A stretch of 50,154 nt of DNA from Nitrososphaerales archaeon (lineage in GTDB: Archaea; Thermoproteota; Nitrososphaeria; Nitrososphaerales; UBA213), in contig CBDAOC010000002.1 of assembly GCA_965197925.1 (NCBI GenBank), positions 1 through 50,154 of the forward strand, in the 5' to 3' direction. The notes under the pieces were generated by a model. The model did no database searches and was not told the origin of the DNA. It was given only the letters and a program-made list of their open reading frames with translations. The stretch's first letter is position 1, and each line of letters begins with the position of its first letter. This document shows positions 1-8,700 of the stretch, piece after piece. A program made the translations under genes and the position numbers.

Positions 1-149
1 CTGGGAGTGACCTTCAACTTGCCACTGCTTTTGTAGATGGCTTAACTCCACTTAATTTCTACAAACCCCTTCAAGAAAGACTAAGAGAATTAAATGCTCG
101 TTACATGACAAACGACAAAAATAAAGAAGGTACAGATGACATCTCATGA
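1..149 (+). CDS. 3' part of a 63-aa hypothetical protein spanning the circular junction
   Basis: Open frame from position 3 (GSDLQLATAFVDG...TDDIS) to TGA at 147-149. Joins ATG 50112 through a CCT codon split across the junction. Confidence 0.7.
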   Translation, partial: GSDLQLATAFVDGLTPLNFYKPLQERLRELNARYMTNDKNKEGTDDIS

Positions 150-1860
150 ACTATACCAATACTACACTAGCTTAAAAGGTCAAAAATCAGAACGAATAGA
201 ACTCATGAGAGATATAAATTCTTTCTTCTCTCCTGACGATAAAGTATATACTGGAGTAGATAAAATAGGATTATCAACTATTGGAAAAGGTGAGCTTTTA
301 GATACTACTGGAAGTGATCTTTTACATGAGTTTGTTTCTTATGCTTTAGGACTTTTCTTCGATCAAGACAGACGTTGGTTTACTATTGCTCTTCAAGGCT
401 ATGAAGATAACTTTGAGATAAAAAGTATTATGGAGAAAAGAAGTGATATATTGTTTCAGTGTATTGGAAGAACTAATTACTACGCTGAAATGCCAATGTA
501 CGATTGGGATTGTTTAGTTCATGGACATGCTCTAATGTCTATTGATTCAAGCCTAGAACAATTTGCAGTTTGTAGAACTAAAAATCCTATGGGAGTATAT
601 CTTGACCAAAATACTTATGGAGATGTCCAAACTATTTTTTGGGATGAGTCTTATTCTTATATGGATGTCATACGTGAGTTCCCTAGTTTTAGACTTAAGC
701 TTTCTGAAATGGGCCTTACTAACATAGAGCAACATTTTGGAGAAGTTCAAGCATCTATTCAAATAATCAGTGCTTATATGAAAGTAGATAAGAATACAAT
801 GCCTCCAGAATTTTTAGAGAAATTCGGTAATTATAAATATGTAAGACGTTATTTATTTGAAACATCAGGCTTAACTTTAAAAGATAAAAGTATAAGAGTT
901 TTAGAATTAGATAGGTTTGAAGGATTTAAAGAAGATGTAATGTTTCCCGTAAGAGACATGCGTACGCGTGAACATGCTTATGGAGAAGGACAAGGTAAGG
1001 TAGTTCTTCCAAAAGCTCGTATTTTAAATAAGCTTTCTAAAGATATGCTTAACTTGTCTGCTTTGAAGGCTAATCCACCAATGATGATGACAGCAGACCT
1101 TGCACGTGAGATGGGTCTTATAGGATCAAGCAAGCGTGTTCGTTATGGATTTAGTCAGGATACTCCACTTAAACCAGGTTCTGTTTATATATTTGACCGC
1201 GAAAAGCTAGAAGAGGTTGGAGGAAGAGGACCTGTTCAATTACTAGATGTATCTGGTAAGTTGGATGAAACTATCACTCTTTATAATACTGTGAGAGAGC
1301 AGACAGCAGAACTCCTTCCAGTTGCAGGACAAGTATATAAAGTGGCTCGTCAGTCTATAAGTGAGATTCAGCAACGAAGCGAGCAACAATCTAAACGCTT
1401 AGGTCCACTTCGTGCTAACTATGCTCAAGAGGGTTTATCCCGCCACTTAAGACGTTTTTATAGCTTAGCGGAAAAAGCAGGTAAATTTAGAGATGTGCAG
1501 TTACCTGAAGGGACCGAAGGTAATCTTAAATTTGTATTTGATGCGTTTTTACTTCAAACAAAAAGAATAAGTGACTCTCTTAGATTAAGTCAATCTCTTA
1601 ATCTTGTAAGTCAGTTCATGCTTGCAAAGCCTTCTATGGCTGATTGGTTGAATGGAGATAAGATTATGCAAAGTGTATTTGAATCAAATGGTGTATTAAA
1701 ATTTTTACTTGATCAAGGTGCAGTACAACAAACAAGACAGCAAACTCAACAAGAGGCACAGCGTCAAGCCGCCTTACAGCAATCTAGCGTAGATGGTGGA
1801 GTAATCAAATCGGTTAGTGATGCCGTATCTAATTATACTCGTAATACTGAAGGGGCTTAG
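136..1860 (+). CDS. Portal / head-tail connector (T7 gp8-like family)
   Basis: 574 aa with AYGEGQG...LPKARILN and ANPPMM motifs, Gln-rich C-terminus, and position right after the terminase across the junction. Confidence 0.9.
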   Translation: MTSHELYQYYTSLKGQKSERIELMRDINSFFSPDDKVYTGVDKIGLSTIGKGELLDTTGSDLLHEFVSYALGLFFDQDRRWFTIALQGYEDNFEIKSIMEKRSDILFQCIGRTNYYAEMPMYDWDCLVHGHALMSIDSSLEQFAVCRTKNPMGVYLDQNTYGDVQTIFWDESYSYMDVIREFPSFRLKLSEMGLTNIEQHFGEVQASIQIISAYMKVDKNTMPPEFLEKFGNYKYVRRYLFETSGLTLKDKSIRVLELDRFEGFKEDVMFPVRDMRTREHAYGEGQGKVVLPKARILNKLSKDMLNLSALKANPPMMMTADLAREMGLIGSSKRVRYGFSQDTPLKPGSVYIFDREKLEEVGGRGPVQLLDVSGKLDETITLYNTVREQTAELLPVAGQVYKVARQSISEIQQRSEQQSKRLGPLRANYAQEGLSRHLRRFYSLAEKAGKFRDVQLPEGTEGNLKFVFDAFLLQTKRISDSLRLSQSLNLVSQFMLAKPSMADWLNGDKIMQSVFESNGVLKFLLDQGAVQQTRQQTQQEAQRQAALQQSSVDGGVIKSVSDAVSNYTRNTEGA

Positions 1861-1861
1861 T

Positions 1862-2956
1862 ATGCCAGAGATTTTGGCAGCACCTCAAAATAGGTTAAAG
1901 AATAATCAACCTGTAGATATACTAATTGTTGATATTTATGACTTAGGTGCAAAAGCTTACTTAAATAAACACTCTGAAGGACTCAGAAGACAAGGACATG
2001 AAGTTAGTTATACTAGCTTTAAAGACAGAAGTTTATACGCTTCATCTAAACAACATCAAGAGTTATTAAGAAAGGAGCCGAGAGGTGCATATCCTGGCTT
2101 GGGGACGGCTCATAGTTATAACGCAATATCTAACTTCTTACGAGGGTATCATAATGTATCAAAAAGTGACAGCGGAAGAAAATTTAGGTTTCATGTTGTT
2201 CATATACCTAAAGGGTATCACAAGCCTGATGGCGATAAGTTTTATAGACACTTGTTGTATAGTAAGAGCAAACGTGGTTCAAAAGGCTTTAGAGAGATTC
2301 CTGCATATAAGATGGTTGACAATTATTTAAAAAGAAATCCTAACATTAAAGCTATATTTACACCAACAACACCTACAGGAGATAGAGTGGAGGAAGGGTG
2401 GAAGGATGGGTTAAATGAGCTAGCTTCTAAAGATGGAAGACGCATAATGGTTGTAGCATCAGGTGGGAATGAAGAGAAGTCTTTTAGTGCTAGGTCGAAT
2501 ACTGTAGGTTACCAAGACTTTGAATTAAGCGATTCGTCTTATAAGCATTTTACTTTGATCGCTACTAAGAAAGACAGACTATTAAAAAAGTTTAACTTTA
2601 CTGAAAAAAACGCACCGCAAATTTCGTACGAACCGAAGCATTTTAAGGGCACAAGTTATACAGGACCAGAAATAGGTGGGTGGATAATACGTATGCTTGA
2701 TGATGCTATATTAAATAACTCTTTAAATGGAAACACTTTGTTCCCTGCAATGGTAGTGGATAGTCTAATAGATGGCAGGATGGCTAGAATTGAAGAAGGA
2801 GAAAATTTTACAATTCATGGTAAAGAACAATTTTTAGGCTTGCTAAAAACTACTTTAGATGGTATAATACAACGACAAGATCAGAGTCCTCAAAACTCAG
2901 ATAACTTATTAAATCAAAATATGGAATCCCTAGGAGGTATAAATGGCGGAAGATAA
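1862..2956 (+). CDS. Divergent subtilisin-like (S8) serine protease
   Basis: ILIVD (Asp), GTAHSYN (candidate His), IMVVASGGNE (oxyanion Asn) and FKGTSYTGPEIGG (Ser) in subtilase order. Start moved from 1817 to ATG 1862, just after the portal stop and an AGGGG SD. Confidence 0.75.
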   Translation: MPEILAAPQNRLKNNQPVDILIVDIYDLGAKAYLNKHSEGLRRQGHEVSYTSFKDRSLYASSKQHQELLRKEPRGAYPGLGTAHSYNAISNFLRGYHNVSKSDSGRKFRFHVVHIPKGYHKPDGDKFYRHLLYSKSKRGSKGFREIPAYKMVDNYLKRNPNIKAIFTPTTPTGDRVEEGWKDGLNELASKDGRRIMVVASGGNEEKSFSARSNTVGYQDFELSDSSYKHFTLIATKKDRLLKKFNFTEKNAPQISYEPKHFKGTSYTGPEIGGWIIRMLDDAILNNSLNGNTLFPAMVVDSLIDGRMARIEEGENFTIHGKEQFLGLLKTTLDGIIQRQDQSPQNSDNLLNQNMESLGGINGGR

Positions 2957-3857
2957 AGGTTTTTTTAAAAAATTATTTAATGTGGAAGACCCTCCAAAAG
3001 AAGACCCTCCAAAAGAAGACCCTCCAAAAGAAGACCCTCCAAAAGAAGACCCTCCAAAAGAAGACCCTAACAACAAACCTCAAGAAGACTTAGATTGGAG
3101 AAAAAACTTAAAGGTAAGTGAAGATCAAAAGAAAGCCCTTTTAGAGTTTGAAACCTTTGGTGATTTTGTTAAGGAATACCACAATCAAAAACAGCGTGCT
3201 GTTGACAAAATTGAAAAGTTTAAGGGTAAAAGCTCTGAAGAACTCATCAAATGGTCTAAAGATGCATATAATAAGAGTGAAGTCAAGCTTGACGGGGTTA
3301 AAAAGAAGCTTATAGAAAAAGCGGCTGTTCATCCTTTAGTTGTAGACGCTGTGTACGAAGAGGTAAAAAAAGATGTAGTAAGTCAATTTGAAAATGAAAA
3401 GAAAGTAAAGATTGCTAAAGGAAAAGAAGAGATAGGTTCTATGTTTGATAACAAAGAGGAGTTAGAAAATAACCTAGGTGCTTTAATAAATTCCTTTGGA
3501 ATGAAAACTAAAGAATTTACTGATATGCTAGGAGATAAATTATATGATCCTACTATTGTTAAGAGTTTAAATAAGATGGGAGCAAAACTTAGAGATGAAA
3601 GTGTAGTTAAAATTAAAGAAGGGAAGATCACAGGAAATCTTCCTTCTGATGTAAAAGAATTAGAGCAGCTTATGTTTCACTGGAATAGAAAACATATATT
3701 TGAAACAAATTCTGTTCAAAGAAGAGAGGCTCACGAACAGTTAGAAAAGGTCAAATCTAAGTTGAGGTCAGTTAGAAAACAAAACAAAGGAGGTTTATAT
3801 GGAAGAAAGCTTAATGATGGAATAAAGAAAATGATAAAGTTCAAGATAAAAAGTTAA
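2943..3857 (+). CDS. Capsid scaffolding protein
   Basis: Position before capsid, acidic Pro-rich N-terminus, highly charged helical sequence, GGAGGT SD. Confidence 0.75.
   Translation: MAEDKGFFKKLFNVEDPPKEDPPKEDPPKEDPPKEDPPKEDPNNKPQEDLDWRKNLKVSEDQKKALLEFETFGDFVKEYHNQKQRAVDKIEKFKGKSSEELIKWSKDAYNKSEVKLDGVKKKLIEKAAVHPLVVDAVYEEVKKDVVSQFENEKKVKIAKGKEEIGSMFDNKEELENNLGALINSFGMKTKEFTDMLGDKLYDPTIVKSLNKMGAKLRDESVVKIKEGKITGNLPSDVKELEQLMFHWNRKHIFETNSVQRREAHEQLEKVKSKLRSVRKQNKGGLYGRKLNDGIKKMIKFKIKS
2985..3068 (+). repeat. 15-bp tandem repeat GAAGACCCTCCAAAA x5.6 (EDPPK)
   Basis: Five perfect copies plus a partial copy, read directly. Confidence 0.97.
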
Positions 3858-3887
3858 TTAACAACCATTTAAAAAGGAGAACAATAA

Positions 3888-5036
3888 ATGGCTATTACTA
3901 ATGTAGATACAACGCGACTAACAGGAAGTGCTTATAGTGCTCCATCGTCTGCGTTTAAAGAATTTGGATTAGAGATTACCTCTACAGGTGCTCTAACTTC
4001 ACAAAAAATAGATGATATTGAAGCTGTGCAGATGCTTGATACTATCTATAGTTTCGCACAAACAAAATCTGCTTCACTTCCAATGCTTTGTGGTATGCAA
4101 ATACCTATGAGCAGCGGAGTCCTTCAATACACACGTGAAGGTAACGCTGACTGGGCTGTAAAGGCGAAGGCTGCGGCTACTACTCCACATACCACTATCG
4201 ACTATGACACACGTGTTGTACTGGAAACCTTACTAGATCAAGGTCACTTGATTGATATGGATATGCAAAGACGCGCTCGTTTTGCACTTACTCCAAGAGT
4301 TCAAGCAAAGCTGACTTACGCTCTAGCAAGAAACATGGATAAACTTGTTCAGTTCGCTATGACTCAAGACGTGTCTCAGTGGGCTACTGTTGTAAATAAA
4401 AGTTGGGCGGGTGCCAGAACGGTTACAAATGTAGCTTTTAAGGACTCTCAGCGTTTAGTGAGAACTACTAAGCATGCAACACCTGCTGTCGCAGAGCTTT
4501 ACGACACATCTTCAGGTAACATCAATGGAACTCAGTTCTTTGATAACTTGGTGAACTTGGCCGAGGAAGCAAACATAGCCGTAGAAAATCTTATAATTAT
4601 CGGCTCACCTGAACTTCGTAGACAACTTAAGCGTATTGCTGACTTTAGAGATGACGAAGTGACTGTTGCTTACAGAGGTAACGAAAACTTAAACGTCGTT
4701 ACATGGCTTGACCTAAACTTCCTTTTCTTAAAAAGAGACGCATTCTACAACGGAAAAGAGCAGTTTGAAGACAAGCGTTACGGTGTAGATGGAGACATTG
4801 TATCCACCGGTGGTACTGCATTCGCTGCGGATTTGTCTGCTATTAAGCTTGAAACCTTCCTTATGGTTGACATGGACTCTATAGTCTGTGGAATGCCTGA
4901 AGGTGGAAACTACTCCAGAGTTGCAAAACGTATGGATCAGTCTGACGCTACAGAACTTTACATGAAAGTTGCTCTTGCATACGGTCGTATGGATGAGTCA
5001 AAAATTTGGCAGGTTATTTATAAATCACGTAAATAA
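3888..5036 (+). CDS. Major capsid protein
   Basis: 382 aa after scaffold, strong AAGGAG SD, LIDMDMQRR...YALARNMD and C-terminal YGRMDESKIWQV patterns typical of podovirus capsids, followed by a hairpin. Confidence 0.85.
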   Translation: MAITNVDTTRLTGSAYSAPSSAFKEFGLEITSTGALTSQKIDDIEAVQMLDTIYSFAQTKSASLPMLCGMQIPMSSGVLQYTREGNADWAVKAKAAATTPHTTIDYDTRVVLETLLDQGHLIDMDMQRRARFALTPRVQAKLTYALARNMDKLVQFAMTQDVSQWATVVNKSWAGARTVTNVAFKDSQRLVRTTKHATPAVAELYDTSSGNINGTQFFDNLVNLAEEANIAVENLIIIGSPELRRQLKRIADFRDDEVTVAYRGNENLNVVTWLDLNFLFLKRDAFYNGKEQFEDKRYGVDGDIVSTGGTAFAADLSAIKLETFLMVDMDSIVCGMPEGGNYSRVAKRMDQSDATELYMKVALAYGRMDESKIWQVIYKSRK

Positions 5037-5044
5037 TCGATAAT

Positions 5045-5094
5045 TGTTTAGGGTACAGCAGGGGAAGGAATCAAAACCCTTCCCCCTCTAAACA
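5045..5094 (+). terminator. Stem-loop after capsid gene (terminator-like, no U tract)
   Basis: GGGGAAGG 5061-5068 pairs with CCTTCCCC 5078-5085. Outer TGTTTAG 5045-5051 pairs with CTAAACA 5088-5094. Confidence 0.6.
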
Positions 5095-5109
5095 TACATA
5101 GGTAGGATA

Positions 5110-5784
5110 ATGGGAATTTACAGAACAAAACAAGAGATTGTTAGATCAGCGATAAGGAAAGTTTCTTCTATCCCCACACCTGCATCTTCTTCATTTGTTT
5201 CACCGGAAGAAGAAAATTATACTAATGTTTTAAATGAATTAATAGCAGAAGAGATGGAATCAACTATTTATCCTTTTGCTGTAACTTACATGGAACTCGG
5301 GAACCCTATTATAGATGAAACACTTAATCCAGAAGACGATCGTCTTATTTACTCAATCCCGTCGTTCGCGCTTGATATAGGTATCTTTGATGAAAACAGC
5401 CTACCAAGTGTTGCAGCTATTATAGAAGACTCTTCAACTGTTAGAGCTTCTTCTTATCAATACTCTTTCTTTGGATCAGATAGACTCATATTAGCTGCTG
5501 ATCCAGACGAAGAAATAACTTATTATTTTGTACATACAAGCATTGACCCTCCTGTAAACCGAATGTTTACTTCATTCCAAAGGTTTTTAATTTATCAGCT
5601 AGCGTATGAAAATTACTTTAAAGTTGGTACGAACTCCAAATTCCTTGAAAGCTTAAGACTTTCTGCTTTGCGTAAAAAAAGTGTTGCGAAACGCCTTTGT
5701 ATTTCTAACGCTCAAGACTTCAATAAAAACATCGTAACCCTTAATGAAATACTAGAGTACGGAAAACCTGACGGGAGGGCTTAA
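5110..5784 (+). CDS. Tail tubular protein A / adaptor (T7 gp11-like)
   Basis: 224 aa, N-terminal TKQEIVRSAIRKV, YPFAV and F..FLIYQLAY patterns, position between capsid and nozzle. Confidence 0.75.
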   Translation: MGIYRTKQEIVRSAIRKVSSIPTPASSSFVSPEEENYTNVLNELIAEEMESTIYPFAVTYMELGNPIIDETLNPEDDRLIYSIPSFALDIGIFDENSLPSVAAIIEDSSTVRASSYQYSFFGSDRLILAADPDEEITYYFVHTSIDPPVNRMFTSFQRFLIYQLAYENYFKVGTNSKFLESLRLSALRKKSVAKRLCISNAQDFNKNIVTLNEILEYGKPDGRA

Positions 5785-8700
5785 TGCCATCTCCTAATCA
5801 GACCACATTTATTCAAAACAACTTCTTAATTGGAGAGAGACGTTCAAACGAATCTCTCAATAACGAAACAGCTTCTTCTCTTGAAGAGCTTACCAATTAT
5901 AGAGTGCTTAAAGGAGGTAAAGCAAAAAGACGACCTGGCATGAAAGTTGTGAGTGAGTTTCCAGACTTAGATCAAGACATAAAAAGATTCTTTTCTTTAG
6001 GTGCTGGGTATGTAATTTTGTTTGAAAACAACAGACTTGTTTATATTTTAGGAAGTAATAGGTATGATCTTGAAATAAGACCTTATCACTCCCAAAGATA
6101 TGAGATTCAAGTAGGTAGTCTAGCTCCTCCTGAATCTGTTGCGTATAGCATTGGAAGCTTTGCTCTTCATAATGTCGTTTCAAGCATCACAGAAGAAGAA
6201 CACTCACAAGTAAGAGACATATTTGAGTTCGGAGATAAGATTGCCCTTCTTCCACAAAGAGGACTTCCATTTTTAATATACATTGAAGATAATGAAGTGA
6301 TAGTTGAACCTTATTTCTTTGAAGTAGAAAATCTTGACAGTTATGAATCTCTTGTTCGTGCTATTCCTTTTAATAATGAAAAGCATAAATTTAAAGATGT
6401 GCTTTATCGTAACACAGATATACCAACAGGTAGAGATGACAAAGTGCGTCTTATTATAGGACATGACTCTGATCTTGATTTAGGAAGATGTAAAGCATGG
6501 TTAGGAGCTACAAAAGACTATGAAACAAGCACAGAGAAGATTGATGTAGATAAGATGTCTTTAAGTGATCTAATAGGAGTCCCTATCATATTCAATGTCT
6601 TTCCAGATGATCCTGTACCTATTCCACTTGACTTTAAATATACTATTGACGAGACTGAAAACAAAATACAAGTTGTACGTGAGAAAAATTGGGACGAAGA
6701 GGCAGCATACCCGGAAGGATTACTTAGAAATTTAAATACAGAGACAAGAATTTCAACATTTTCATTTGATCCTACTTTAGACTCTACTGGAGCAGTTAGA
6801 GGAACTAAGGCAACTCTTATTCGTGAGATGCTTTACGGTAGGAGATATATGATTATTCCCTTTAGAAAAAACTTAGGTTCTAATAGTTCTGGGGATTTAG
6901 TTGATTATTCCACTACTTACCCAACAGCTACTTCAACAGTAGATGCTAAGACATCGATAAATGTAGAATTTGATATAATAGACGATGGTACTGAAGTCAT
7001 CACAGACGGGACTATCTCGGAGATTGAAGTTGGTAATTATATACTTAGTGATGAAGAAGTAGCAACTGATGACTTCGATGGGTTGTTTTTAGAAGCAGTA
7101 TTTGATTATCCTTTTAGCGGAGGAGGAGATTCTGCTAGATTTGATGACTCAAGAGCAGGTGTTATTTACTATTGGTCACGTGAAGATTTCAACGCCATTG
7201 GCGACTGGGAAGCAGAAGAATCTAACAACGGATTACTTCCTGCTCAAGACTCCGATCACTACACTCTACATTGGGGAGTTCATGATTTGAAACAACATAC
7301 CGACATCGCGTACATATCAGTACGAGCAAGACGTGGGGGACAAAATAACAATGTAGCGGACATACGCTTTACTTTAGGTAGTAACTTTAAAGTTCGTGTC
7401 GACACAGATCAAGATAGAGTCTCATATTCTTATAGAATTAATATATTTGGAAATAGTGATAGTCAACCCATACTTATTAATTCTTTAGGTACTACATTAA
7501 ATACCACTCGCACTGTTTTTACAGACACAGAAACTGGGGCTAAGTATATTTATCCTTTTACTGCTAATATCACAGACGCAGTGTTTAGTTCTGACTTAAA
7601 CATTAGTGACTCCGATGCAGATGATTTTATTAGAGACCTTCTTCATGAAGCAGACCCCATAAAAGTGCGTATTGATAACATATCTATAAATGGAGCACCT
7701 TTGACAGAACTTAACATTCTTAGAAATGCTTTAGAAGAGCCTCTTCAGATAGGGGGAAAGAGGTTAGAAACAAACTTAGGGTATGAAAATCCAACTGTTT
7801 CAAACTCTATAAAGCCAATCGTTCCAGAAGGTAAATTTGATAACGTCAATCTTAATACTCTCTCTTGGAGTAGTGTAATAGAAGAAGAGGAGTGGAGAGA
7901 TAGATTTATTGGAGCTTATTTTGAGGTTCCACGTAATGATGCTGGAGAACTTCAAAACAATCAAGCTAAGTTAGTTATAGTTTCAAATCCTGTCTTTAAT
8001 GAATTAGATCAAATTGCTTCCATAGAATTATTTGGAGAAAGTGTTTTATCTACTCTTACGTTCTCTGATCCCATGAATGGTGACACTCCTAATGGACGAG
8101 AAGATTTAACACGTGTCTTTTCGTTAAATGATCCTACAAACCCTGATAATTTAAACCCTTTCACTCTTTTTATGAACTCTTTAGTTAGTGCACAAGAAGG
8201 GAGAGGTTCTTTTAAATTGAGATTTAAAGACTCGTCAAATAACCCAATACAAATTGATATAATAGACTATAACATCGGAGAAACTAAAGCAATCGGTTAC
8301 AATCGTGATAACAACGTAAACTATCTGTCTGTAAACACAACTGCTGATAAAACAAAAAGAACACTTACAGCAGGAGGTCTTATTGAAGGAAGTGTGAATG
8401 TGCCCGAAGTTGTAGCTTTGGGAAACAAGAAGGTCGAAGTAGACACAGGAATTAAGTATTCCTTCTTTATTCTTATTAAAAAAGGATCATCTCTTGCGAG
8501 TGAGACGACACTCACTTTAGGTGTGGGAACTGAGTCAATCGTACTCACTAAAGTTGCAAATTCTACTTTAAGTGAAGTCGAAGAGTTTATGTCAGCTACT
8601 CCAACAGAGACTGAATTTTCTAGGGCATCAGGAGTCACTTATCCAATCACAATAACTAAAGGTAGTGACTCAGCATTATTTCAATTTGTTTCCGCTCAGA

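Noticed and set aside
1817..1861. Apparent signal peptide on the subtilase (MMPYLIILVILKGLS)
   Set aside because: It lies in the portal overlap and lacks a basic N-region; ATG 1862 has the better SD. Not fully excluded.
8321..8638. Antisense ORFs inside structural genes (also 3383-3631, 11360-11656, 17370-17678, 20811-21086)
   Set aside because: Fully or largely nested opposite well-supported genes, with no recognisable motifs.
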